This document shows, piece after piece, positions 39,408 to 49,244 of a stretch of 64,000 nucleotides of DNA. Numbering within the stretch: position 1 is the stretch's first letter; the number at the start of each line of letters is the position of its first letter. The notes below the pieces were generated by a model. It did not search any database and was not told where the DNA came from. It saw only the letters and a list, made by a program, of their open reading frames with translations. The position numbers and the translations under genes were made by a program. Source of the stretch: an uncultured Candidatus Babeliaceae bacterium (GTDB lineage Bacteria; Babelota; Babeliae; Babelales; Babelaceae); assembly GCA_963704655.1 (NCBI GenBank), contig OY969927.1, positions 672,001 to 736,000 on the forward strand. Direction: 5' to 3'.

Positions 39408-40601
39408 ATGAAAAAAGCAAAAGAACAAACAGCAGTTGTCTATATAATCACAAAACTTGAATTAGGCGGCGCACAAAAAGTGTGTCTTGCACTTTTTAAT
39501 GGCGTAGAATCACCAGAATATCAAACACATCTTATATCTGGTGCCGAAGGGGTATTAGCGGCTGAAGTAAAAAACAATCCACATGCACATCTAACACCAA
39601 CCATGCGCCGCGAAGTGAGCATGTTTGGCATTTTTACCGAAATTAAAAACTTTTTTGCACTGATCAAACAGTTAAAAACGCTTAAAAAAGAATATGCGCA
39701 TATTATCGTGCACACGCATAGCACAAAAGCGGGTATTGTCGGCCGTTGGGCAGCGTTCTTTGCCGGTATCAAAAATATTATTCACACCGTGCATGGCTTT
39801 GCATTTCATAACTTTCAATCATGGTTTACCTGGACTGCGCTGTATATTCCCGAGCTTATCACCAGCTTTATTACTACAAAGTTTGTCTTTGTCAGCCAAG
39901 CAGATGCACAAACAGCAATGCGCCTGTTCCCGCGCATTAAGAACAAAAAAGTTCTTATAAGAGCAGCTATAGATGACCACCATTTTATCGCAACGCACAA
40001 ACAGATGGTAAGCAAATCAGTGCGCCAAAGCGCACCAAAAGAGCATGTGCACCCTTTTATTATTGGTACTATCAGCTGCTTCAAACCACAAAAAAATCTC
40101 CTTGATTTACTTAAGGCATTCGAGCTTGCCTATAAACAAGACCAGAATATTCGTTTAGAAATTATAGGTGACGGCCAACAACGGCCCGCGCTTGAAGCAT
40201 TTATTAGTCACCATAAATTAGAAAAAGTAGTCACACTTCACGGTTGGCAACTAGACGTTGCACCAATTATGAAACGGTGGCACATCTTTGCGCTCAGCTC
40301 TCTGTGGGAAGGTTTGCCATGCGCTATTATTGAAGCTCGTTTATTAAAATTGCCTATAATAAGTTACAGAATTGGCGGCATTAGTGATGTTATTCACCAT
40401 GGCGTAAATGGTTTTTTATATGATGCAATAAATAGTGCGTCAAAACGCACCAATTGGCAAAAATTAGCACAAGGCTTTCTCATGCTCGCACATGACGCTA
40501 CATTATATGCAACTCTTGCACAGTATCCTGATAACTTACAAAATTTTACGCATGACGATATGATAAAAAAACATAAAGAACTCTATCAACAATTGCAATA
40601 A
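39408..40601 (+). CDS. Glycosyltransferase family 4
   Basis: LGGAQK, VHTHSTKAG, HTVHG, QKN, SLWEGLP..IIEA. Confidence 0.93.
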   Translation: MKKAKEQTAVVYIITKLELGGAQKVCLALFNGVESPEYQTHLISGAEGVLAAEVKNNPHAHLTPTMRREVSMFGIFTEIKNFFALIKQLKTLKKEYAHIIVHTHSTKAGIVGRWAAFFAGIKNIIHTVHGFAFHNFQSWFTWTALYIPELITSFITTKFVFVSQADAQTAMRLFPRIKNKKVLIRAAIDDHHFIATHKQMVSKSVRQSAPKEHVHPFIIGTISCFKPQKNLLDLLKAFELAYKQDQNIRLEIIGDGQQRPALEAFISHHKLEKVVTLHGWQLDVAPIMKRWHIFALSSLWEGLPCAIIEARLLKLPIISYRIGGISDVIHHGVNGFLYDAINSASKRTNWQKLAQGFLMLAHDATLYATLAQYPDNLQNFTHDDMIKKHKELYQQLQ

Positions 40602-40659
40602 GGGCGTATACTTAAAGAAAAATATATCACGTAAACCGCCTATTTATAAGCATTATAGT

Positions 40660-41574
40660 ATGAAACTTTATGATAATCTTCTTCACGCAATTGGCAACAC
40701 GCCTTTAGTACGAATACCCTTTAATTCTGCAGGTAAAGTATACGCAAAGCTGGAATATTTAAATCCAGGCGGCAGCATCAAAGACCGCGCTGCGCTTTAT
40801 ATGATCGAAGAAGCAGAACGTACTGGTCTTATAAAACCGGGCGGAACGCTCATTGAAGCATCTTCTGGAAACCAAGGTATTGCAACAGCACTTATTGGCG
40901 CAATTAAAGGATACAAAGTTATTATTACCGTATCTGAAAAGATCAGTGAAGAAAAACAAAAAACATTGCAAGCTTATGGCGCGCAATTGGTTCGCTGTAA
41001 GCCAACTTTACATCTTGATGACCCAAATGGTTATCATGCCAAAGCAGTAGAAATTCACCGAAACACACCAAACTCATTTATGCTTAACCAGTATTTTAAC
41101 CCAACAAATGCAGCGGCACATTATGCAATGCTTGGGCCTGAAATTTGGCAGCAAACAGATGGAAAAGTAACTCACTACCTAGCTGCAGCTGGAAGCGGCG
41201 GAACCGTAAGCGGTGCAGGAAAATATCTTAAAGAGCAAAATAATAACCTCAAAGTTATTGCAGTTGATGTTGAAAACTCTTATCGTTCAACCAACAATAA
41301 CCCAAAGCCGTATAAACTTGAGGGCATTGGCGTTGATTATGACACACCGCATTTGCGCAATAATATTATCGATGAATATGCATTAGTTAACGATGACGAC
41401 TCGATTGAAATGCTTAAAACTATGGCACAAAAATATGGCTTTCTTGTCGGCCCATCAAGCGGTGCCGTTGCTTGCGCAGCAGAGCGCCTTGCCCGCACCC
41501 TGAAAGAAGATGATATCATGGTGATCATCTTTGGCGATTCCGGCAGAGCATATTTAACAAAGAACTTTTATTAG
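40660..41574 (+). CDS. cysK: Cysteine synthase / cystathionine beta-synthase family PLP enzyme
   Basis: IGNTPLV, KLEYLNPGGSIKDR, SSGNQG, GSGGT, GPSSG, DSGRAY. Confidence 0.92.
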   Translation: MKLYDNLLHAIGNTPLVRIPFNSAGKVYAKLEYLNPGGSIKDRAALYMIEEAERTGLIKPGGTLIEASSGNQGIATALIGAIKGYKVIITVSEKISEEKQKTLQAYGAQLVRCKPTLHLDDPNGYHAKAVEIHRNTPNSFMLNQYFNPTNAAAHYAMLGPEIWQQTDGKVTHYLAAAGSGGTVSGAGKYLKEQNNNLKVIAVDVENSYRSTNNNPKPYKLEGIGVDYDTPHLRNNIIDEYALVNDDDSIEMLKTMAQKYGFLVGPSSGAVACAAERLARTLKEDDIMVIIFGDSGRAYLTKNFY

Positions 41575-41586
41575 AATGCTATTGCA

Positions 41587-42111
41587 ATGAAAAAAATATT
41601 GGTTTTTTCCCTATTTTTTATAGGTTGGCGCTCTTATGCTCAGCAAGATGTGCAAACTCTTATTTTAAAAAGGTCCTCTATTGAAAATTTTTTGAAACCG
41701 CTTAAGGGATCAAGAGTATTTAAACCTGAAGACAAACGAAAAAGGTCATATGTATTTCCTGAAAAATATTTGAGTAAATTACCTGATGAAATCATTGATC
41801 GCATATTACAATTAGCCAACATAGCACGATTAAGAGAAAACTTTGAGGACTGGGATACTCATAGACATTTACTCAGCTACTTGAATCATGAACTAGTATC
41901 TGCCATTACTCAACAAGTACTTATGATGTTATTTTTCAAAATAAAAATACCTGAAGACTCATGGGACTTTATAAGAGATTTTTTTCCTAAGGAGACTTTT
42001 CAACATATTGTAAAAGAGGTACAAGGGCCCCGATTTATTGTCAAAAATCCAGAGGATAAAAGAAGATATCCCGAGTACAAGTGCATTACCCCAAAAAAAA
42101 TTATTTATTAA
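41587..42111 (+). CDS. Secreted protein with F-box-like motif
   Basis: Signal peptide; LSKLPDEIIDRILQL. Confidence 0.6.
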   Translation: MKKILVFSLFFIGWRSYAQQDVQTLILKRSSIENFLKPLKGSRVFKPEDKRKRSYVFPEKYLSKLPDEIIDRILQLANIARLRENFEDWDTHRHLLSYLNHELVSAITQQVLMMLFFKIKIPEDSWDFIRDFFPKETFQHIVKEVQGPRFIVKNPEDKRRYPEYKCITPKKIIY

Positions 42112-42158
42112 ATTGACTTAAGCAGCAATAATTAAAAAATACAAAAAATACTTTTACT

Positions 42159-42197
42159 GACTCTGGCAGAGCATACTTAACGAAAAACTTTTATTAA
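42159..42197 (+). repeat. Remnant copy of the cysK 3' end
   Basis: 33/39 nt identical to 41536-41574; reads DSGRAYLTKNFY*. Confidence 0.92.
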
Positions 42198-42257
42198 TAA
42201 ATAACTCTATGTTATAAATAGGTAAATGTTTTTTGCTTATTTATAACATAGAGTACA

Positions 42258-43328
42258 ATGATAAAGTATTATGCTACACGCCTGATATTCCTAGCTTCAA
42301 TAGATCTTTTTGCAGCAGAGAATTCGCTAAAATTAATCAGAACACTGCCGGTAAAGCATCATCAAGAAGATTCCGATTCTCTTTATTATTTTTTTAGATG
42401 GCTCGATAATCAAAATATATTCACCTACAAAATGGGCAAAAATAAACGCGTGTGGGATATTACCACACGTGATAAACCTATGCATGTAACCAGAGATTCG
42501 GATTATTGGACTCAAGCAAAAAAATTATTTACGGCGCAATCGTTCAATAATCAATTACACAAAGAGATATCTGCAAAAACAACCATGTTCTTGGATCAAC
42601 AAACCTATAATAAAAGGAATCAATCATTTATCGGCCAACTACTTTCAGTGTTTTTTGGCAAAGAAAAAATGGAACTTGATGGCTTTAAAGTATATGGCTA
42701 TCAACCACAAAGAGAGAGGCTCTATTTACGCCCAGATGGCGAACAATATGTTCTTATAGAATTAGAAAAACCACCAAAAGGTGCTTACTATGCTCAAGAA
42801 ACATTATCGATAAATGCCATTAAACCAGAAAAAATTATTACGGCATTTAAAACACAGACAATGGAAGCTGGCATTTACCCAACAATTCCAAGTTTAAAGT
42901 TTGATTGGTCACCAGATTCCCAAAAATTTGCACTTGTGGACACCTATCATCCTTGGGACTCTACAATACAACAAATAACCATCGGGCCTGAAGATGTTAA
43001 CATTTATGAAACTGATACATTTACTATTGAAAAATCATTTACCGTAGAAACAGGCTGTATAAAAGAACTTTCATTTAGTCCCAACTCTCGTTGGTTGGCT
43101 GCATATTCTGACAATATATATAGTAGTAAAGAAAAAACAATACGTGTATGGGATTTAATCCATGGGTATTTAGCAGCCACAATTAAAGATACCCATTATG
43201 GAAAACGCAATCCATGCAATGGAACCGAAGTGACCCCATTAAATGCTGTTTGGAGCCCAGATGGCACCAAAATCGCCGCATACAATGCTGAAGGCAACAT
43301 TAATGTTTATCAGCTCCCTCAAGATTAG
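42258..43328 (+). CDS. Secreted WD40-repeat protein
   Basis: WSPDSQKFA, FSPNSRWLA..TIRVWD, WSPDGTKIA. Confidence 0.85.
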   Translation: MIKYYATRLIFLASIDLFAAENSLKLIRTLPVKHHQEDSDSLYYFFRWLDNQNIFTYKMGKNKRVWDITTRDKPMHVTRDSDYWTQAKKLFTAQSFNNQLHKEISAKTTMFLDQQTYNKRNQSFIGQLLSVFFGKEKMELDGFKVYGYQPQRERLYLRPDGEQYVLIELEKPPKGAYYAQETLSINAIKPEKIITAFKTQTMEAGIYPTIPSLKFDWSPDSQKFALVDTYHPWDSTIQQITIGPEDVNIYETDTFTIEKSFTVETGCIKELSFSPNSRWLAAYSDNIYSSKEKTIRVWDLIHGYLAATIKDTHYGKRNPCNGTEVTPLNAVWSPDGTKIAAYNAEGNINVYQLPQD

Positions 43329-43381
43329 CGAAAAATAATGTTTATTGACTCTCATCTGTTGTTATGTTTACAGTAATAAAT

Positions 43382-44266
43382 ATGAAGCATACCACTATAG
43401 CAATTATCGGAGTAGGGAATGTCGGGGCAACAACTGCCTTTACGTTACTATTGTCAAATAACGTGTCAGAACTTATTTTAGTTGATACGTGCACAGAAAA
43501 ATGTTCGGGGGAAGTTAAAGATCTTGGTGATGTTATTGCTTTTACCCAAGCAAGCGCCATTCGCCAAGGAACTTACGCCGATGCATGCACAGCAGATATT
43601 GTTATTATATGTGCCGGCAGGCCGCAGTGCCCAGGCGAAACGCGCCAAGAATTGCTTTCTACTAATGCTAAAATTATAACGTCAATTTGCAAAGAGCTCA
43701 AAAGCGTAAAAAAAGATGCGGTAGTTATTATGGTGACTAACCCGCTTGATAGCTTAACGTATCTTGCACAAAAACTTTTACCGCTAGAAAAAAATCGTGT
43801 ATTTGGAACGGGCACCTGGCTTGAAACCCAAAGATTGCGCCGCATTCTTGCAACAGAATATAAGGTCTCTGCGCAATCGATTGAAGCTTTTATGATTGGC
43901 GAACATGGTGATAGCGCGGTAGCGATACTTCCCGAATATTTAAAGATCTTACCAAAAGAGCGGAGTTCACTTGAAAATATAGTCACGCAAGAAGTATACA
44001 AAATTATCGAATCAAAATGCGCAACTTTTTATGGCATTGCCGCATGCGTAAGCGATATCTGTTCTGCAATTATTCATAACCAACGCCGCGTATTGCCGCT
44101 TTCTGTGTATCATCAAGAATATGATATCTGCATTAGTTTACCTGTAATTCTAGGTGAAAATGGCATTGATGGCATGGTTCAATTAAAGTTCCACGACCAA
44201 GAAGAAGCACGCTTTCAAGAGTCTGTCAAAATCGTTCAAGCTGAGCGAGATTTACTTAAAAGCTGA
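43382..44266 (+). CDS. ldh: L-lactate/malate dehydrogenase
   Basis: IIGVGNVG, PGETRQEL, VTNPLD, GEHGDS, TFYGIA. Confidence 0.9.
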   Translation: MKHTTIAIIGVGNVGATTAFTLLLSNNVSELILVDTCTEKCSGEVKDLGDVIAFTQASAIRQGTYADACTADIVIICAGRPQCPGETRQELLSTNAKIITSICKELKSVKKDAVVIMVTNPLDSLTYLAQKLLPLEKNRVFGTGTWLETQRLRRILATEYKVSAQSIEAFMIGEHGDSAVAILPEYLKILPKERSSLENIVTQEVYKIIESKCATFYGIAACVSDICSAIIHNQRRVLPLSVYHQEYDICISLPVILGENGIDGMVQLKFHDQEEARFQESVKIVQAERDLLKS

Positions 44267-45546
44267 GTTTTATAAAACTCTATTTTCCTGCGCATTTCAC
44301 CCGTATATTGATCAAGAGTAAGCATCTTACGGTTTTGCATGATAATTTTTCCATCAACAATAACCGTATGCACATCAGTTGATTTACTGCCGTATACAAT
44401 TTGTGAATATACATCAAACTCAGGAATTTGATGAAATGCTTGCGTATCCATAAGCAGTATATCCGCGCATTTGCCAACTTCAAGCGTGCCGGTTTTGCTG
44501 CCCATTTTAAGCGCTCGCGCGCCATCTATGGTAGCAAGTTTTACTACTTCAAAAGGTGTTAATGGTTTGCAATAATCTGCAACACATAATCCTTGCAATA
44601 ATGCGCCTGTTTTCATCTCAACAAAACTATCTAAACTATTATTACTTGCAGTGCCATCGGTGCCTATTCCTACAGGAATGCCACATTGTTGCATAGATTT
44701 TACATGTGCTATTCCTGAACCCAATTTCATATTGCTTGATGGGTTATAAATAATAGAGGCACCAGATTTTGCGATAATTTTTAAATCGCTGTCAGAAAAA
44801 TGTACGCCATGAGCGATAATAACATTCGGTGATAAAATATTAAGCGACTGCATGTATTCCCCTGGACTCATGCCGGTCTTTTTATACAATTCATACAGCT
44901 CGTCTTGCTGTTCAGCAACATGAATAATTAAAGGCACGTTATTTTGTACTGCGTATTTGTGTGCGGTAACCAATGTTTTGGCATCACAGCTATATAAAGA
45001 ATGTGGCGCAAAAGCCGGCTGTATATGGGAATTATTTTTGAACTCTTGGCAAAATTCCTGCGCATGCTCAACATCTTTTTCTATAAATATCGTTTCACCC
45101 AATATCGCCCGCATGCCCGCCTGCATAACAGCTTTAGCAGAAGCACTTTCAAAAAAATACATATCGGCAAACATGGTAATGCCAGACTGTATCATTTCAT
45201 AGCAAGCAAGTATAGTGGACCAATAGACAAAATCTTCACTTAATATCTTCTTTTCCAATGGAAAAATATAGTTGTTAAGCCATTCTTGGAGATTTTTTGC
45301 ATTATCTGCCACGCCACGCATCATCGTCATGCCGACATGCGTATGGCCATTTATAAATCCGGGCAAGATAAGTTTGTCATGTGCATCAAGTACCGTTTGC
45401 GCGCTATACCGCTCCACGATATTTTCAGATGAATCAATGTCGACAATCTTGCCTTCATGAATTGCCAATGCACCACCGGCAATAACCTCTTTTGAAACCA
45501 TGGGTACCAGAGTACCGTGTACGATAAGTATATCTACAGCTTTCAT
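44236..45546 (-). CDS. mtaD: Amidohydrolase, MTA/SAH deaminase-like
   Basis: PGFINGHTH, APHSLYSC, IHVAE, SNMKLGSG, GTDGTASNN. Confidence 0.85.
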   Translation of the reverse strand: MKAVDILIVHGTLVPMVSKEVIAGGALAIHEGKIVDIDSSENIVERYSAQTVLDAHDKLILPGFINGHTHVGMTMMRGVADNAKNLQEWLNNYIFPLEKKILSEDFVYWSTILACYEMIQSGITMFADMYFFESASAKAVMQAGMRAILGETIFIEKDVEHAQEFCQEFKNNSHIQPAFAPHSLYSCDAKTLVTAHKYAVQNNVPLIIHVAEQQDELYELYKKTGMSPGEYMQSLNILSPNVIIAHGVHFSDSDLKIIAKSGASIIYNPSSNMKLGSGIAHVKSMQQCGIPVGIGTDGTASNNSLDSFVEMKTGALLQGLCVADYCKPLTPFEVVKLATIDGARALKMGSKTGTLEVGKCADILLMDTQAFHQIPEFDVYSQIVYGSKSTDVHTVIVDGKIIMQNRKMLTLDQYTGEMRRKIEFYKTQLLSKSRSA

Positions 45547-45621
45547 AACGCTCCCCTTTTTTATTAAGGTAGTGCGCTATCAACACATAAAACAATATAT
45601 ATGCATAAAGTAAAAAAATAA

Positions 45622-46599
45622 TTATAAAAACTTCTGAGATATAAAGGGTGCAACGCGAGAGAAGCGCGTCAAAAAGTATGACTGGCCACAGGCTAAAACT
45701 GAAAGTATCCGTTCATTATTTTTAATATTCTGCTGTTTCCACCAGGAATTAAGACGAACTACAGGCAACATAAGATCATCAATGCCAAAACCATAAGTTC
45801 CCCAATGCATAGGAATAAAAATTCGTGCGTTAAGATCTAAAAATGCTTTTCCGGCATCGACAGCATCCATATGAGTGGTCCGCATCCACTTACGTGGTTC
45901 ACACGGGCCAATGGGCAATAAGGCAACTTCAATATCAGGAAAATGGTAAGCAATCTCTTTAAAATGGTCACTATATGCGGTGTCACCACCAAAATAGATT
46001 CTCTCTTGGATCATCCAGCTTCCCCACAAAGATTTATTTCGGTCAAACAGCCCTCGCTGTGACCAGTGGCGCGCAGGCAAAAAGGTAAGCTTGAGACCTT
46101 TATGCATAATATCTTGCCACCACATACATTCAGTTACTCGGTCTGACATGCCACGACTATCAAACCACCTTTTATCGCCAAAGGGCACATAAAAATGGCA
46201 GTCGGTTTTTGCATATAACGCTTTAAGCGTAACACTATCCATATGGTCACGATGGTTATGAGAAAGAATGACAATATCGATTTTTGGCAACTCAGAAAAT
46301 TGAATTCCCGGCTTGCTAAAACGTTGCAACAGAAAGGTTAAGTCACCAAAGACAGGGTCTGTAAGGATATTAAGGCCATCAATTGAAAGCAGAAAGCTCG
46401 CATGGCCAATCCAAGTTATATGGTCAGCTTCCTGGAAAGCATACGGGACGGCATGGTTTTTTATAAGTCTTGCAGCAGCAACACGTTGCGCATAAGACGT
46501 CGCATACATATAGACCGAACGCCAAAAGACGCTTGATACAACTTCTCCAGGATAGTTATAAAAACGATTATGTAATCTGTGAGGTTGGCGCTTATTCAT
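45622..46599 (-). CDS. MBL-fold metallo-hydrolase (NAPE-PLD/RomA-like)
   Basis: TWIGHAS, TDPVF, SHNHRDHMD, PARHWSQRG, GDT, PMHWGT. Confidence 0.92.
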   Translation of the reverse strand: MNKRQPHRLHNRFYNYPGEVVSSVFWRSVYMYATSYAQRVAAARLIKNHAVPYAFQEADHITWIGHASFLLSIDGLNILTDPVFGDLTFLLQRFSKPGIQFSELPKIDIVILSHNHRDHMDSVTLKALYAKTDCHFYVPFGDKRWFDSRGMSDRVTECMWWQDIMHKGLKLTFLPARHWSQRGLFDRNKSLWGSWMIQERIYFGGDTAYSDHFKEIAYHFPDIEVALLPIGPCEPRKWMRTTHMDAVDAGKAFLDLNARIFIPMHWGTYGFGIDDLMLPVVRLNSWWKQQNIKNNERILSVLACGQSYFLTRFSRVAPFISQKFL

Positions 46600-46738
46600 A
46601 ACGTTTACCGTGAAGTTTATAGAATAATCCCCTATCTAGACTTGCGTCAGAGACAGGGGAAATGGAGGTTATCTGGATTAAAAACATATAGTTATATTTT
46701 ACAAATTTTTGGATAAATAGCAAATGTTATAAAAAAAT

Positions 46739-47500
46739 CTAAACACTTACCGCCACACCCAAGTCTTTAAGAGCATGGCGTAATTGAGCAGGATTTTTAA
46801 AGACAATACCATGAATGCCACGCTCTTTTGCAGCTTGTGCATTCTTCTTTTTATCATCAATAAAGATATAATATTTTGGATCCTTAACAACCTGCTGCAC
46901 ATCTTTTTTAAAGTGATCAAAAAACTCTGGGGCCGGCTTACGTAAATAATTACGCTCTGGGTGAGATGTTACAATAACTTCAAACATGTTAAAAATTTCT
47001 GGATGCTCATGTTTAAAATGCTCAAATGCCTGGTGCCCAATATTGGAACACACGGCAAGGCGATACCCCTTTTTTTTAAGCTCTTCGAGCAGTTTTTTCA
47101 TTTCTGGATCTAAAATATACGAGTTACAAACGGTGAGAAACTCTGTTTTTGAATCTGCAAGCCACGGATAATGATCCTCAATAAGCTTGTTATAGATATT
47201 TTCTGCAGTTTTTGAATTACTATAAAAAGTATTAATTAAACGATACCCTGCAAACGGATTAGCTAACGTTAATACATACGGGTTTTTTTTGAAAAAATTA
47301 TACACAGAGTCAAAAAACTTGCTATATGAAAAGCTAAAAACCACTTCATGTAAATCGAATGCAATAACTACCTGACTATTTTTAATCTGATCACATGTAA
47401 GTTGATTATTCATAAAATTTTTCTGATTTTTAATGGTAACATCTTGAGCACTTATAAAACTTATAGTAGAAACTATCAGCAATAATACGCTATTTTTCAT
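46739..47500 (-). CDS. Secreted HAD-superfamily hydrolase
   Basis: Signal peptide; FDLHEV, CSN, RKP, FIDD. Confidence 0.8.
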   Translation of the reverse strand: MKNSVLLLIVSTISFISAQDVTIKNQKNFMNNQLTCDQIKNSQVVIAFDLHEVVFSFSYSKFFDSVYNFFKKNPYVLTLANPFAGYRLINTFYSNSKTAENIYNKLIEDHYPWLADSKTEFLTVCNSYILDPEMKKLLEELKKKGYRLAVCSNIGHQAFEHFKHEHPEIFNMFEVIVTSHPERNYLRKPAPEFFDHFKKDVQQVVKDPKYYIFIDDKKKNAQAAKERGIHGIVFKNPAQLRHALKDLGVAVSV

Positions 47501-47557
47501 AATTAGCCCCTAATACTTAGCACTTATAAGCATAAACAAAGAATGTTTTATTATCAA

Positions 47558-48289
47558 TTAAGCAATCTCAATTCCAGAATTCTTAAGATCGGAACGAAAT
47601 TCCTGAGGATTCTTAAAAACAAAACTGTTCAGTCCAGATTTTTGAGCAGATATAACATGTCCCTCATTATCATCAGCAAATACATAACGTAATTCTTGCT
47701 GCCCTAATTTTTGCTGGCATGTTGCTTTAAACCATTCAAAAAATGCAGGCTCGGGTTTTCTGGCATAGTCATTTTCCGGAGCTGCTGTGCCAATGACTTC
47801 AAACTTATCAAAAAAATCTGGATATTCGGGTCTATATACATCGAAAGCCTGCTTGCCTATATTTGAACAAACGGCAAGACGATACTTTTGTGCTTTGAGC
47901 TCTGTTACCAGCTTTGCCATTTCTGGGTGAACATCATAGGGGTTACAAAGCATAAGAAATTCTTTTTTAGATTTTGAAAGTTCAGGATAGTAATCCTGCG
48001 TGAGTTTATCATAAACAACTTCAGCTGCTTTTGGAGTTGTTTTCAAAATATGATAAACCCGATACCAACAAAGAGGATTAAGGGGCAAAATTAACGTATG
48101 ACTTGGATTACTCACTAAAAAGCCACAAATCCTACTGATAAGTTTTGGGATTGAAAATGTTAAGGCAACGCCGTGCAAATCAAGAGCAATAACAGTCTGT
48201 TCTTTTGGCATATTCGCTATCTTCTGATCGTGCATTGCATGCACAAAACTTCCAGCAACCAGTATCGTAAGTAACAATATTTTTTTCAT
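47558..48289 (-). CDS. Secreted HAD-superfamily hydrolase (paralog)
   Basis: Signal peptide; LDLHGV, CSN, RKP, FADD. Confidence 0.8.
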   Translation of the reverse strand: MKKILLLTILVAGSFVHAMHDQKIANMPKEQTVIALDLHGVALTFSIPKLISRICGFLVSNPSHTLILPLNPLCWYRVYHILKTTPKAAEVVYDKLTQDYYPELSKSKKEFLMLCNPYDVHPEMAKLVTELKAQKYRLAVCSNIGKQAFDVYRPEYPDFFDKFEVIGTAAPENDYARKPEPAFFEWFKATCQQKLGQQELRYVFADDNEGHVISAQKSGLNSFVFKNPQEFRSDLKNSGIEIA

Positions 48290-48294
48290 AATTA

Positions 48295-48603
48295 TTACGC
48301 CACAGCTTCAGGAAGTTCAAATGTATTTGGATAACATATGTTTAATGCCACAAAAGAAGCAATTGACACTGCTGCAGAAACGAAAAGGAGTTTTTTTGAA
48401 CTTTCATATAGTTGGTACTTTTCATTTCGGTAATAAACTGATTTCAGATAATCATCCAACTCTTGCAAAGAGAAAGCCAAAAAAACTGCGCTTGAATAAC
48501 AACAAACTAAGCCTAAAGCTTCAGCTGGCACAGGTGCATGCGTTTTTGCCTGCGGCATAAAACAGAATAATGCTGTCACAATTAGGAATATATGTCTTTT
48601 CAT
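48295..48603 (-). CDS. Small secreted two-TM protein
   Basis: GGAG RBS; MKRHIFLIVTALFCFMPQAK signal peptide. Confidence 0.7.
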   Translation of the reverse strand: MKRHIFLIVTALFCFMPQAKTHAPVPAEALGLVCCYSSAVFLAFSLQELDDYLKSVYYRNEKYQLYESSKKLLFVSAAVSIASFVALNICYPNTFELPEAVA

Positions 48604-48719
48604 AGGTAACTCCATTATGTTATTTATAATAAATATATTACTAATTGTAACAATATTGCAGAAAATGTCAATTTTCCAGCGATTATTAAAGTAATGCTAT
48701 AAATAAAACTTAGTTGAAT

Positions 48720-48866
48720 TTATATTGAAAATGTTAAGGCAACGCCGTGCAAATCAAGAGCAATAACGGTCTGTTGGTTAGTAAATTGTTTTGGCTCTTT
48801 AGAAACATCTTGTGCTTGAAGAACGAAACTTAGCGTTGCAAGCGTAAATAAAAGTATCTTTTTCAT
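48720..48866 (-). pseudogene. Truncated HAD allele (48 codons)
   Basis: MKKILLFTLATLSFVLQAQDVSKEPKQFTNQQTVIALDLHGVALTFSI*; last ~50 nt match 48151-48200; joined to a glpQ 3' remnant. Confidence 0.85.
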
Positions 48867-48868
48867 AG

Positions 48869-49138
48869 TTAAAAAGGAACCCGACCAGAAAGGTACATAT
48901 TTAATGCCGCTAAAGAAACAAATGTGAGCGCTCCAGAGCCCAAAAGAAACTTTTCTAATGTTTCATCTGGTTGATTTGAATCCAGACCGTCAAAAAACGT
49001 AGCGATCGCCGTACCCAAAAAAACAGTGCTAGACGCAACACTAACTGTTCCCAGAACTGCTTCTGCCACTGGTTGAGCTTTTGCTTGTGGCATAAAACAG
49101 AATAATGCTGTCACAATTAGGAATATATGTCTTTTCAT
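48869..49138 (-). CDS. Small secreted two-TM protein (paralog of 48295..48603)
   Basis: Identical 20-aa N-terminus and near-identical upstream region; mature part diverged. Confidence 0.7.
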   Translation of the reverse strand: MKRHIFLIVTALFCFMPQAKAQPVAEAVLGTVSVASSTVFLGTAIATFFDGLDSNQPDETLEKFLLGSGALTFVSLAALNMYLSGRVPF

Positions 49139-49244
49139 AGGTAACTCCATTATGTTATTTATAAAAAATATATTACTAATTGTAACAATGTTGCAAAAAT
49201 TGTCAAATTTCCAGCGATTATTAAAGTAATGCTATAAATAAGAC

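Noticed and set aside
46727-46741. Possible remnant of the 50002 HAD gene end (aaaaaatcta)
   Set aside because: Low-complexity match with the stop codon out of register.
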